A stretch of DNA of 64,000 bases from Gemmatimonadales bacterium (GCA_035708725.1 DASTFH010000151.1:3783-67782); one strand, 5' to 3'; counted from the stretch's first letter, positions 52,401 through 62,325 are shown. A program made the numbers and translations. The notes: generated from the letters alone by a model not told the origin.

Positions 52401-53281
52401 CAGTACCGTCCAGGAGGCGACCGGGCGCGGCGCTCGCGGCGCTGGTGGTGATACTGTGCATCACCGCGGCGTGGTGGGCGCTGGCGCTCTGGCCGGCTGC
52501 GTCCGCTACGCCCGGCTGGATCATCCGGTTTCGCTCGGTCTGCTTCGGAGCCGAAGCCAATGGGCTTCCCGATGCGGTGGGATGGGCGCTCCTGCTGGGT
52601 GAACCGGCGGGGATGATCGGCATCCTGCTGGTGCTGTGGGGTGGGGCAGTCAGGCGTGACCTTCGATGGGTTGCAGCACACCGGGTCTGGCGGCTGGTTG
52701 CGGCGATACTGGTAATCCTGGCTCTGGCGGCCTTCAGCGTGCTCGTGGTGCGTGTGGTGCGTGTCTGGATCAGCAGCCGGGCCGACTATACCGATACAGG
52801 GAGTGTCGTTCATCGGGTGAACCGGAACCTGCCGCCACTCCAGCTGGTGGACCAGGATGGGCGCGCACTAGTGCCGGCTGACCTGCGTGGCCGTACCACC
52901 CTCGTGACCTTCCTGTTCGGCCACTGCACCAGCGTCTGCCCGCTGACGGTGCAGGAGCTGCAGGCCGCGCGTCGCGAGTCAGGCCGGCGCGACGTGCACA
53001 TCATGGTCATCACGCTCGACCCCTGGCGCGACACTCCGGAGCGCCTGCCATCGCTGGTAGCGCACTGGGGACTTTCACCGCAGGATCGCGCGTTATCGGG
53101 GAACGTGGCTGATGTGGAGCAGGCGCTGGACTCGCTGGGTGTCGCGCGAAGCCGGAACACCGTGACCGGCGACATGGATCACATCACCGCGGTCCTCCTG
53201 CTCGATCCCGATGGGAAGATTGCCTGGCGGGTGGAGGGCAGCGCGCGTCGCGTGGCCGGGCTGCTCGCTCGCAGCCCATAG
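52385..53281 (+). CDS. SCO1/SenC-type copper chaperone fused to an N-terminal multi-TM domain
   Basis: The GTG start overlaps the subunit I end. About 130 aa with 4 TM helices are followed by a thioredoxin fold with FGHCTSVCP (CxxxC) and the conserved His in DHITAV. Confidence 0.7.
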   Translation: MEDRLTVPSRRRPGAALAALVVILCITAAWWALALWPAASATPGWIIRFRSVCFGAEANGLPDAVGWALLLGEPAGMIGILLVLWGGAVRRDLRWVAAHRVWRLVAAILVILALAAFSVLVVRVVRVWISSRADYTDTGSVVHRVNRNLPPLQLVDQDGRALVPADLRGRTTLVTFLFGHCTSVCPLTVQELQAARRESGRRDVHIMVITLDPWRDTPERLPSLVAHWGLSPQDRALSGNVADVEQALDSLGVARSRNTVTGDMDHITAVLLLDPDGKIAWRVEGSARRVAGLLARSP

Positions 53282-53305
53282 CGCTGGGCGCTGTGCGCCC
53301 AGCGC
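53281..53305. terminator. Perfect 11-bp hairpin between convergent genes
   Basis: GCGCTGGGCGC-tgt-GCGCCCAGCGC starts at the last base of the SCO stop codon. There is no U tract. Confidence 0.45.
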
Positions 53306-53347
53306 TCAGCCTTTCGCCTTCAGCCTTCCGCCCCCAGCCCCTCAGCC
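53305..53347. repeat. Degenerate heptamer array
   Basis: CTCAGCC TTTCGCC TTCAGCC TTCCGCC CCCAGCC CCTCAGCC. It contains the RND stop (53320) and encodes its tail AEGLGAEG. Confidence 0.7.
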
Positions 53348-56300
53348 ACAACCATTTCGCCCGTTCGCTTCCGGCCCAGCCGCTTCTGGAACGCGTCCAT
53401 GTAGGTGTACACCACGGGCGTGATGTAGAGGGTGATGAGCTGCGAGAATGCGAGCCCACCTACCACGGCCACGCCCAGTGGCCGGCGCGATTCAGCACCG
53501 GCACCCGCGCCCAGCGCGATTGGCAGCGTACCCATCAGGGCCGCCATGGTGGTCATCATGATGGGCCGGAACCGCACCCGTGCCGCCTCGAGGATGGCAT
53601 CACGCGCCGAGAGGCCCTGGGTCCGCTCCGCCTCGACGGCAAAGTCGATCATCATGATGGCGTTCTTCTTGACCAGGCCGATGAGCATGATGATGCCGAC
53701 GAAGGCGTAGACGCTGAGGTCCATTCGGAATACCACCAGCACGAGCAGGGCGCCGAATCCTGCGAAGGGCAGACCCGAGAGGATCGTGAGCGGATGGATG
53801 AAGCTCTCGTACAGGATGCCGAGCACGAGGTAGATCACGACGATGGCGAGGATCAGCAGCATCAGCAGCCCGCGCTGCGCTTCCTGGAACGCCTGCGCCG
53901 TGCCGGAGAATGCCGTGCTGATGCTGGACGGCAGCACCTCGCGCGCGGCGCCCTCCACTTCGGTGACGGCGGTACCGAGCGAGACGCCTTCTTCCAGGTT
54001 GAACGAGAGCGTGACCGACGGCACCTGCCCGGAGTGGTTCACCGTGAGCGGTCCCGTCCCTGGCGTCACTGTTGCCAGCGAGCCGAGCGGCACCGCCGTG
54101 CCCTCGCGGCCGGTGACGTGCAGCAGGTTAAGCGCCGACAGGTCCTTCTGGTATTCCGGCAGCAACTCCATGATCACCTGGTACTGGTTGTTGGGCGTCA
54201 GGATCGTGGAGATCTGCCGCGACCCGTAGGCGTTGTAGAGTGCTTCCTCGATCTGGGTCACGTCGATGCCAAGCGAGGCGGCGCGGTCGCGGTTGATGGC
54301 CACCTGCACCTGCGGGTTCTTGATCTGCAGGTCGCTGGTGACATCGGTGAGCCCCGGCAGCTCGCGCATCCGGGCTTCCATGCGCTGCGAGCCGGCGTAG
54401 AGCTCATTGATATCGGACCCCTGCAGCGTGAACTGGTATTCGCTCTTGGACCGCCGGCCGCCCACGTTGATCACGGGCGGATTCTGGATGAACACGCGGA
54501 GCCCGGGGATCGCCGAGATCTTCCGCGTCAGCTCACGTGCCACCTCATCGGCGCTGAGGTCACGTTCCGAGCGGTCCTTGAGGTGAATGAAGAGCGAGCC
54601 CTGGTTGGTCGAGCCCCGCCCACCGCCGACCGACGACATGAACCCCTCGACATTCGAGTCCGCCTGCACGACCGCGGCCGCCGCAATCTGGTGCTGCATC
54701 ATGTTGTCGAAGCTGGTCCCCTCGGCGGTTTCCGTGGTGCCGAAGAGTTGGCCCTGGTCCTCGCTCGGGATGAAGCCCTTGGGCACGATGCGCGCGAGGA
54801 AGAGCGTCGCCAGCAGGATCAGTGCGCTGAAGACCATCGCCATGCCCCGGCGGTCCATGACCCACGCCAGGCTCCGGTCGTACCCCGACGCCGTCCGCTC
54901 CCACGCCCGTTCAGTCGCATTGAAGAACCGGCCATGCTTCTCCTGCTCCGGATGGGGCTTGAGCCACCGGCTGCAGAGCATCGGCGTGAGCGTGAGCGAG
55001 ACGAAGCCGGAGACCAGGATGGCGACGCCGATCGTCACGGCAAACTCGTGGAACAGCCGTCCCACCAGCCCGCCCAGGAAGAGCACCGGGATGAAGACCG
55101 CGACCAACGAGATCGTCATCGAGAGAATGGTGAAGCCGATCTCCTTGCTGCCCTTGAGCGCGGCTTCCATCACCCCTTCGCCCTGCTCGATGTGGCGGAC
55201 GATGTTCTCGAGCATCACGATGGCATCGTCCACCACGAACCCGACGCAGAGGGTAAGTGCCATGAGCGACAGGTTGTCGAGGCTGTAATTCAGCAGGTAC
55301 ATCACGGCAAAGGTGCCCACCAGTGACATGGGCAGCGCCAGGCTGGGGATGATCGTGGCGCGGACGTTCCGGAGAAAGAGGAAGATCACCATCACCACGA
55401 GGCAGAGCGTGATGAACAGCGTGGTCTTGACGTCGGTCACCGAGTCCTGGATGGAGACCGACCGGTCATAGAGCGTCTGGATATCCACCGAGGCCGGCAG
55501 CTCGGGCTTGATCCGGGCGATTTCATCCTTCACCCGCTGGGCCACGGCGACGGTGTTGGTGCCGGGCTGCCGCTGGATGGCGAGCACGATAGCGCGCTCG
55601 CCGTTGTACCAGCTGGCGTTCTTGTTGTTCTCGACGCTGTCGATGACCCGCCCCAGGTCCCGAAGCCTGACGGGCGCGCCATCGCGGTACGTCACGATCA
55701 GCCGGCCGAAATCGGCCGCGTTGTCGAGCTGGCCGCTCGACTCGACCGAATACGCCTTGTCGGTGCCCCAGAGAATGCCGGTGGGGAGGTTGGCGTTGCC
55801 GTTCCGGACCGCCTGCGACACCTCGTCGATGCCGATGTTGCGGAGCGCCAGTTGCTGCGGATCGAGCTGGATGCGCACCGCATACTTCTGCGAACCGTAG
55901 ACCTGCACCTGTGCCACACCGTCGATGGTCGAGAGATGCTGCGCCAGGGTTGTCTGGGCGTACTCATCGAGCTGCTGCAGTGGCAGCGTGCTGGTGCGAA
56001 GGGCAAGGTAGAGAATGGCGCTGGCCGAGGGATCCACCTTGCGGAAGCTGGGCGGCAGGATGTCCTGCGGCAGCCGGCGGAGCGTCTGCGAGATGGCCGC
56101 CTGCACGTCCTGCGCGGCCGCATCCACGTCCCGGCTCAGGGTGAACTGCAGCGTGATGGATGTACTGCCCTGGCCGCTGCTCGACGTCATGGCGTCGAGG
56201 CCCGCAATGGTGGAGAAGGTCTTTTCCAGCGGCGTGGCCACGGCCGACGCCATCGTCTCGGGACTCGCACCCGGGAGGCTCGCGCTCACGTTGATGGTGG

Positions 56301-56427
56301 GATAGTCCACCGATGGCAGGTCGCTCACCGGCAGCAGCCGGTACGCCACGATCCCGAAGAGCAGAATGCCGATCATGACGAGCGTGGTCATGACCGGCCG
56401 GCGAATGAAGAGTCCCGCGATATTCAT
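53320..56427 (-). CDS. RND efflux transporter permease (AcrB/MdtB-like)
   Basis: 1035 aa, N-terminus MNIAGLFIRRPVMTTLV, 12-TM/2-loop architecture with conserved AcrB-family blocks. Confidence 0.9.
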   Translation of the reverse strand: MNIAGLFIRRPVMTTLVMIGILLFGIVAYRLLPVSDLPSVDYPTINVSASLPGASPETMASAVATPLEKTFSTIAGLDAMTSSSGQGSTSITLQFTLSRDVDAAAQDVQAAISQTLRRLPQDILPPSFRKVDPSASAILYLALRTSTLPLQQLDEYAQTTLAQHLSTIDGVAQVQVYGSQKYAVRIQLDPQQLALRNIGIDEVSQAVRNGNANLPTGILWGTDKAYSVESSGQLDNAADFGRLIVTYRDGAPVRLRDLGRVIDSVENNKNASWYNGERAIVLAIQRQPGTNTVAVAQRVKDEIARIKPELPASVDIQTLYDRSVSIQDSVTDVKTTLFITLCLVVMVIFLFLRNVRATIIPSLALPMSLVGTFAVMYLLNYSLDNLSLMALTLCVGFVVDDAIVMLENIVRHIEQGEGVMEAALKGSKEIGFTILSMTISLVAVFIPVLFLGGLVGRLFHEFAVTIGVAILVSGFVSLTLTPMLCSRWLKPHPEQEKHGRFFNATERAWERTASGYDRSLAWVMDRRGMAMVFSALILLATLFLARIVPKGFIPSEDQGQLFGTTETAEGTSFDNMMQHQIAAAAVVQADSNVEGFMSSVGGGRGSTNQGSLFIHLKDRSERDLSADEVARELTRKISAIPGLRVFIQNPPVINVGGRRSKSEYQFTLQGSDINELYAGSQRMEARMRELPGLTDVTSDLQIKNPQVQVAINRDRAASLGIDVTQIEEALYNAYGSRQISTILTPNNQYQVIMELLPEYQKDLSALNLLHVTGREGTAVPLGSLATVTPGTGPLTVNHSGQVPSVTLSFNLEEGVSLGTAVTEVEGAAREVLPSSISTAFSGTAQAFQEAQRGLLMLLILAIVVIYLVLGILYESFIHPLTILSGLPFAGFGALLVLVVFRMDLSVYAFVGIIMLIGLVKKNAIMMIDFAVEAERTQGLSARDAILEAARVRFRPIMMTTMAALMGTLPIALGAGAGAESRRPLGVAVVGGLAFSQLITLYITPVVYTYMDAFQKRLGRKRTGEMVVAEGLGAEG

Positions 56428-57536
56428 TCGTCCTCCTGTGCCACCGCGGCGGCAGGCTTCCGGATCTGGACCTTGGCCCCGTCCCGAAGCAGGATCTGGC
56501 CGTCCGTGACCACCTGGCTGCCGGGCTGCAGTTCCGCCGTGACAACGGCAAGGCTGTCATTGGTCCGCTGCACCTTGACCGGCACCATGGCCGCCGTGCT
56601 GTCCGGCTTGATCGCAAAGACGAACGTGCCCGATTGTCCCGACACAACCGCGGCCGACGGCACCGTGAGCGCGCTGTCCTGCACATAGAGCCGGATCCGC
56701 ACGTTCACGAATTCACCAGGCCACAGCAGGCCATCCTCATTGGGAAAGCGGGCCTTGAGCAGGATGGTCCCGGTGGTGGTGTCCACGGCATTGTTGATGA
56801 AATCGAGCGTGCCGATGCTGGCGTCCCCGCCGGCCGTCGGCTCCACCCGCACGGGCAGCGAATCATCGCGCCGCCGCTGGAGCTCCGCGAGATTGCCGGC
56901 CGGCACCGAGAAACGCGCAAGGATGGGCCGGATCTGGTTGATGGTCACCAGCGGGGAAGGATCCGAGGCGCGCACCAGGTTGCCTTCACGCACCAGCAGG
57001 CTTCCGGTTCGGCCGCTGATCGGCGCGCGAATGGTGGCGTACTGGAGATTGAGCTGGGCCTCATCCACGGCTGCCTGGCTCGCGGCCAGTGTCGCACTGG
57101 CGGAGAGCGCGTCAGCCCGCGCCTGGTCGCTCTGCTGCGTGGTCACGAACTCCTTCTCCGCCAGCGTGGCATACCGCTTCGCCTGCTGCTCGGTCTGCTC
57201 CGCTCGTGCCCTGGCGCCCGCGAGGTTGGCCTGCGCCTGCTGCAGCGCCGCGCGGAAGGGACGCGGATCGATCTCGAAGAGGATCTGGCCCTTCTTGACG
57301 TTGTCGCCCTCGTGGAAGGCCACATTCACGATCTGCCCGCTCACCTGCGGTGCCACCGCGACCGTCTGCACCGGCTCGATCGTACCGGTCGCAGAAAGCT
57401 CATAGGGAACTGGCCCCTGCTTCACCAGGCCGACCGTGACTGGCGTCGCCGCGGGCGCAGGCGCCTTGCCGTCACCGCAGGCGGCGAGCAGGAGGAGGCA
57501 GCTGAGAAGCGACAGTCGCGAGGAAAAATCAGTCAT
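56424..57536 (-). CDS. RND periplasmic adaptor (membrane fusion protein)
   Basis: ATG at 57536 gives the lipobox LLAACG. Also a coiled-coil hairpin plus the lipoyl/beta-barrel motifs GQILFEID and APISGRTG. Confidence 0.85.
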   Translation of the reverse strand: MTDFSSRLSLLSCLLLLAACGDGKAPAPAATPVTVGLVKQGPVPYELSATGTIEPVQTVAVAPQVSGQIVNVAFHEGDNVKKGQILFEIDPRPFRAALQQAQANLAGARARAEQTEQQAKRYATLAEKEFVTTQQSDQARADALSASATLAASQAAVDEAQLNLQYATIRAPISGRTGSLLVREGNLVRASDPSPLVTINQIRPILARFSVPAGNLAELQRRRDDSLPVRVEPTAGGDASIGTLDFINNAVDTTTGTILLKARFPNEDGLLWPGEFVNVRIRLYVQDSALTVPSAAVVSGQSGTFVFAIKPDSTAAMVPVKVQRTNDSLAVVTAELQPGSQVVTDGQILLRDGAKVQIRKPAAAVAQEDE

Positions 57537-58998
57537 TGCCTGGAGCCGAAGGTGTCGAGTCTTGAATGAGCCTGAGCGAGCTGCCGCCCTGCGTATCGAG
57601 CACGCCGGCATCGTGCGCCAGCTGCGCCAGCGAGACGTTCCATTCCAGGCGAGCCTGGATACGCTGGGCCCGCGCGTCGGCGAGCGCGCTCTGCGCCGCG
57701 AGGAGATCGAGCACGGTGCCGACGCCCTCCTTGTAGCGTGCCAATGCTACCTGGGTCGACTGCTCTGCACTCGCCAGCAGGTCTTCCGCCGTATGCACTC
57801 GGCGGGTCGCCGTCTGCAGCGTGTAGTAGGAACTGAAGACCTCGAAAATGACCTGCTGGCGGAGGCTTGCCGTTTGGGCCCGCGCCGCCTCAGCGGAATA
57901 TTGTGCACTCTTGAGGTCGTAGCGTCGGGAGAAGCCGCTGAAAATCGGGACGCTGAGGCCGAGTGAGACGGTGTAGTTGTCGGAGCCGTTCGGAATGCTC
58001 GTGGCGTACGTCCGGCCGGCGTTGGCGCTGAAGCGAAGCTCGGGCAGCAGCGCCGAGCGTGCGTCGCCGACCCGCGCGGCGGCGGCTTCGGCGTCAGCGC
58101 GAGCCGCAGCGAGGTCGGGACGGCCGGCCACGGCTGCATTGATGAGCTGCTGCACGCTGTCAGCGAGCACCGCCACCGGCACATCGGCCGCAGTGGTGTC
58201 AACATCATATGGCACGTTGGCTGGAAGCCCGAGCGCGAGCGCCAGCGCGCCTCGCGTCGTCGCGAGCGATCCCTCAGTGCTCTGCATGGTGAGCTGCACC
58301 TGGCTCAGCGCGGTCTTTGCCTGCAGGACATCGGCAATGGTGGCGAGCCCCACGCGGCGCCGCTCCTCCGCGGCCGACAGGTTGGCCTGGGCTTCCTTGA
58401 GTGTTGTCGCCTGTGCCTCCAGTAGCGCCCGCGTCGCCACGTACTGGAAGTAGCTCACCTCGATCTGCAATACTGCGGACTGAAGCACTGCGTTATGGGT
58501 AAAGTCGGCGGCGACCAGTTGCTCCCGTGCCGACCCCACGCGTCCGTTGCGCCCGCCGAAATCCAGCAGCAGCCAGGAGAGCGAGAGACTGGGCGCAAAG
58601 ACCGACTGCCTGACCGCGCTCCGGCCCTGGCTCGCCGTGGTCTTGAGGCGGGTGGCGTTGACGTCGGCGTCCAGTGTTGGTAGCCACTCACCCCGTGCCG
58701 ATCCATAACTGGCGGCGGCGGCCCGAGCCTGTGCCCATGACTGGCGGGTGGCGGTGTTGTTCCGGAGCCCGATATCGATCAGCTCACCCAGAGTCAGGTG
58801 GCTGGCTCGCTCCGCGATATCCGGTGGCAGCGCGATGTCCGGGGTGGCCGTGTCGGCGGAATTCCGTTCCGTCACCGACAGCGGCGGAATCCACGGCTCG
58901 GCAGGGCCGGGCGCGGTCCCGGCCACTCCTTGCACGGACGGAGTGCCAACGCACGCTACTATAAGGAAAGGGACGGCGCAGAAAAGGAGAGATTTCAT
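57529..58998 (-). CDS. Outer-membrane efflux factor (TolC family) lipoprotein
   Basis: ATG at 58998 (in frame), lipobox IVAC, two tandem TolC-type helical repeats. The ORF-track extension to 59427 translates a repeat element. Confidence 0.8.
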   Translation of the reverse strand: MKSLLFCAVPFLIVACVGTPSVQGVAGTAPGPAEPWIPPLSVTERNSADTATPDIALPPDIAERASHLTLGELIDIGLRNNTATRQSWAQARAAAASYGSARGEWLPTLDADVNATRLKTTASQGRSAVRQSVFAPSLSLSWLLLDFGGRNGRVGSAREQLVAADFTHNAVLQSAVLQIEVSYFQYVATRALLEAQATTLKEAQANLSAAEERRRVGLATIADVLQAKTALSQVQLTMQSTEGSLATTRGALALALGLPANVPYDVDTTAADVPVAVLADSVQQLINAAVAGRPDLAAARADAEAAAARVGDARSALLPELRFSANAGRTYATSIPNGSDNYTVSLGLSVPIFSGFSRRYDLKSAQYSAEAARAQTASLRQQVIFEVFSSYYTLQTATRRVHTAEDLLASAEQSTQVALARYKEGVGTVLDLLAAQSALADARAQRIQARLEWNVSLAQLAHDAGVLDTQGGSSLRLIQDSTPSAPGND

Positions 58999-59037
58999 CC
59001 TGATCAATACGGTGAATGGGGGGGATTTGTTGACCAA

Positions 59038-59222
59038 GATGGGCAGGATGGGCGAGATGGGCAGGACTTTGATTGAGCGTCCTTGCGAGCCGCGAAGCGG
59101 CGAAGCAACCGGGTAGCCGAAATCGAGATGCTGGCGACCCGATTGCTTCGTCGAGCCCTCCGGGTTCTCCTCGCAATGACGCGTCAGGGTTAGCTTCATC
59201 CCGCCCATCCCGCCCACGGTCC
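59038..59222. repeat. Composite hairpin element, type C core (59079-59180)
   Basis: Left arm GATGGGCAG GATGGGCGA GATGGGCAG GAC. Core GTCCTTGCGAG...CTCGCAATGAC. Right arm (CATCCCGCC)2 CACGGTCC, ending at the DUF2207 stop. Confidence 0.85.
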
Positions 59223-61024
59223 TACCAGCTTCCTCCGCCCCCACCCCCTCCACCTCCACCCACCGACCCGCCGCCACCCGAGCCCGAGCTCGAGCCGGGA
59301 GACGATCCCATGGTGCGGGTGGCCGCGGTCTGGAAGCTGGAGAGGCCGCTGCTGAAGTTGCCCACATTGAACTGGCCGGATGTTCCGACATACCAGTTGG
59401 GCGGTTGGGACGCCAGGACGCCGGCAAACTGGCTCACCCAGATGTCGCTCACGTCCAGCGCCACCGCATAAGGCAGCAGCGCCGAGAAGAGTTCGGTGGT
59501 ACGCTCGGGACCTTGCGACATCTCGAGCTCCGATTTCTCGGCGCGGCGGATGTACTCCTCGAGTCCCTTCACCTCGCGCCAGCGGCGAGCGCCGTCGGCG
59601 GTCTTGGCAGGCATGATGCCGCTGAACGCCAGGATGATGATGCCGGTGAGGGCTATGCCCGCGCCGAGCACCACGTTGGTGGTTACGGCGCCGATCGGGA
59701 TACCGGCGATGGTCAGGAGGATGCCGAGCACCAGGTAGCCATTCCGCACCGATGCGGGACTCCTGGGAAAGAGTCGTTCCTTCACCAGGAAGTCGTACAT
59801 CCCTTCCTTGATGGCAGATATATGGGTGTAGAACTCGTTGTGCAGGTCGCTCATGCGCCGAGTGGTGCTGCCGTCGTCAAAAACGCCGTCGAGCACGGTC
59901 GTCTCATACGGAACAAGGTCGCCGGGCAACGGCTTGGCGGTGCGTGAGAGTTCCCAGTCGGTCTTTGAAAGACCCAGCGAGCGAAGCGCCTTGCCGAGAA
60001 AGGAGTCCTCACCGAGTGTGGCGGTGAGGTTCGATGGCACTTCCGCAATGTTGATGTAGCCGCGCACGGCAAGGTCGAGCAACGTGGCGACGATGTCATC
60101 CATGTCGGCGCGCTGGTCCACCAGCGTTCCCGCTGCGCCCGGCGGCAGGCCGGCGGGCGGATGCCAGTTGGGGACAATGCTGCCCGGATCCGGCTCGCGG
60201 CCCTTGCTGCGCCAGCGGCTGAACATGCCGAAGAATCCGAGGAGCGGCAGCAGCACCGGCCACCAGAAGCTGGCCTCATCGCGCAGCTTGTCCGCTGCTG
60301 TGGGTGCGGCGATCACCCCCTTGGGAAACGCCGCCACCATGGTGAGCCCTTCACCGGGATCCAGGCGGCTAGCGCTGAACGCGTACTGCCCCGGACCAGT
60401 GACCGCCGCCGTGCAGCGTTCGTTGCTGTTGCTCTCGGCCCACCCGGCATAGCACCAGGCTGAAGACCCAGCGCCGTCCGCCCTGTCCGCCCCGTCCGCC
60501 GGTAAGTCCACCGTCGCACTCGCCTTCAGGATGGGCACCGGCCAGTTGGTGCCCGTCACCTGCCAGTAGAGCTCGTCGTGATCGTCAAAGAAGCCGAGTC
60601 CACGGTCCAGGCGGTAGCGAATGATGTATGTCTGCACGCCGGACACTGTGACGTCGGGATCGCCGATCCGGATGCGCACGTTGTTTCCGCTGCTGACCTG
60701 TGTGCCCAGTTTCCGGCCCTGCTCATCGGTCACGCTGAGCACGTCGAGGCCCACCTTGACCGTGCCAGCTCGAACGGGTGCACCGGCATCAAGAACCTTC
60801 GCATAGCTGACCGGGATCTCGCGGTAGATCCCATGCTTCTGGAGCGAGCCGAAGTCCACCGTGATCTGCTCGATCACATTGATGGTGCGGTCGGCTTTCA
60901 CCGAGTACTGGGCATCGAACGACTGGATGACCCAGCCGGTATCCTGGGCAGTGAGTGAAACGGGAAGTAGAAGAACGATAAGGAGCACGACGGCACGACT
61001 GAGCATCGTGAATCGCTCGTTCAC
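59222..61024 (-). CDS. DUF2207 membrane protein
   Basis: Signal peptide, large N-terminal beta domain, 3-4 TM helices, Gly-rich tail ...SSGSGGGGSVGGGGGGGGGGSW. Overlaps lemA by 4 nt. Confidence 0.7.
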   Translation of the reverse strand: MNERFTMLSRAVVLLIVLLLPVSLTAQDTGWVIQSFDAQYSVKADRTINVIEQITVDFGSLQKHGIYREIPVSYAKVLDAGAPVRAGTVKVGLDVLSVTDEQGRKLGTQVSSGNNVRIRIGDPDVTVSGVQTYIIRYRLDRGLGFFDDHDELYWQVTGTNWPVPILKASATVDLPADGADRADGAGSSAWCYAGWAESNSNERCTAAVTGPGQYAFSASRLDPGEGLTMVAAFPKGVIAAPTAADKLRDEASFWWPVLLPLLGFFGMFSRWRSKGREPDPGSIVPNWHPPAGLPPGAAGTLVDQRADMDDIVATLLDLAVRGYINIAEVPSNLTATLGEDSFLGKALRSLGLSKTDWELSRTAKPLPGDLVPYETTVLDGVFDDGSTTRRMSDLHNEFYTHISAIKEGMYDFLVKERLFPRSPASVRNGYLVLGILLTIAGIPIGAVTTNVVLGAGIALTGIIILAFSGIMPAKTADGARRWREVKGLEEYIRRAEKSELEMSQGPERTTELFSALLPYAVALDVSDIWVSQFAGVLASQPPNWYVGTSGQFNVGNFSSGLSSFQTAATRTMGSSPGSSSGSGGGGSVGGGGGGGGGGSW

Positions 61025-61596
61025 TCGATCGCTCCCAGGTTGGCGGCGGGCGCATTGCGTTCGCTGATGTCACTGAGTTCGAAAAACTCACCGGGCTGGA
61101 ATCCGAATACGCTGGCGACCAGCAGGCTGGGGAATGATTGGCTCAGCGTGTTGAAGTCGCGCACCACGGCGTTGTAGTAGCGCCGGGCGCTGGCGATGTC
61201 ATTCTCGGTCTCGGTGAGTTGCTGCTGCAGGGCCAGCACGTTCTCGCTGGCCTTGAGCTCAGGGTAGGCCTCGGCGAGCGCAAAGATCTGCCGCACGCCG
61301 CTGGTGAGCACGTTCTCGGCGTGGGCGCGGGTGGTGTTGTCGCTGGGCTTGCCGCCGGCGGAAAGCGCCTCGGCGCGCGCCTCGGTCACGGCTGCGAGGG
61401 TATGCTGCTCATGCCCCATGTAGCCGCGCACCAGGTCAACGAGGTTGGGAATCAGGTCGGTCCGGCGCTTGAGCAGCGCATCCACGCTGGCCCACGCCGC
61501 CCGCATCCGGTTCCGCAGGGCGACGAGCCGGTTGAACGTCCATGCCAGCCACGCCGCCACGAGGATGGCGAGGGCCAGGAGGAGGATGGAGAGCAT
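61021..61596 (-). CDS. lemA: LemA family protein (second copy)
   Basis: FNRLVALRNRMRAAWASVDALLKRRTDLIPNLV and ALAEAYPELKASEN. Confidence 0.9.
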   Translation of the reverse strand: MLSILLLALAILVAAWLAWTFNRLVALRNRMRAAWASVDALLKRRTDLIPNLVDLVRGYMGHEQHTLAAVTEARAEALSAGGKPSDNTTRAHAENVLTSGVRQIFALAEAYPELKASENVLALQQQLTETENDIASARRYYNAVVRDFNTLSQSFPSLLVASVFGFQPGEFFELSDISERNAPAANLGAIE

Positions 61597-61608
61597 GGAG
61601 GAAAGATA

Positions 61609-61674
61609 GTCGAGGGTCGAGAGTCGAGGGTCGAGGGTTCGTTACCCTGTTGCTCGACTCTCGACCCTCGACTC
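61609..61674. repeat. Hairpin array GTCGAGG family
   Basis: GTCGAGG GTCGAGA (GTCGAGG)2, 15-nt loop, CTCGACT CTCGACC CTCGACT. The cupin stop (61673) lies in the right arm. Confidence 0.85.
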
Positions 61675-62167
61675 ACTTCGTCGGATCGTCCTTCGGATTC
61701 ACGTACGTCAGCTGGAACGGGCCCATCATGTGCACCTGCACGACCGTCTCGCCCTGGGCCCTGGCATAGTGATGCGCGTTGGCCGGGGCGGTGATGAAAT
61801 CGCCCACCTTGAGCGACGGGAGCTCGGCGTCAGGCGACATCGTGTCGCCCATCCCGATGACGAGCTGGCCCTTGATCACGGTCACATGTTCGTCGGTCGG
61901 GTGCCAGTGCGGCGGGATGGTGTAGTTGTTGGGCATCTTGAGCCGCACGGTGACGATGGCGCTGGCCGCAGGATCGCCCTGCAGGACCACCATCTGGGCG
62001 CCGGCCGGGAAGATGGCCGGGGCGGGGCCCCACGCCAGCTTGTCGGCCCGCATGGCGGGATCGGCACCGGCATGATCGGTGGGTTGCTGGGCCATGAGGC
62101 TTGGCGCGGCAGTGAAAGTAACGAGCGCGATGAGCCACGCGCTGGTGCGGAAATGACGTGTATTCAT
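61673..62167 (-). CDS. Secreted cupin-domain protein
   Basis: ATG at 62167 gives a signal peptide. Cupin motifs PPHWHPTDEHVTVIKG and GDFITAPANAHHY. Confidence 0.7.
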   Translation of the reverse strand: MNTRHFRTSAWLIALVTFTAAPSLMAQQPTDHAGADPAMRADKLAWGPAPAIFPAGAQMVVLQGDPAASAIVTVRLKMPNNYTIPPHWHPTDEHVTVIKGQLVIGMGDTMSPDAELPSLKVGDFITAPANAHHYARAQGETVVQVHMMGPFQLTYVNPKDDPTK

Positions 62168-62261
62168 TGCACGCTCTCCTCGGAAGGAATCCATTCGGTG
62201 AAGCAGATCCGCAGATTACGCCGATTTCGCAGATTGCTTCGATCTTGTGGCTGCTCCCAGG

Positions 62262-62325
62262 CTGTCCACCTGTCCACCAGTCCGTCTGTCCGTCTGTCCG
62301 TCTGTCCGTCTGTCCGTCTGTCCGA
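62262..62325. repeat. Octamer array (CTGTCCAC)2 CAGTCCGT (CTGTCCGT)4 CTGTCCGA
   Basis: Counted directly. Same unit family as 30979-31010 and 47094-47117. Confidence 0.9.
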
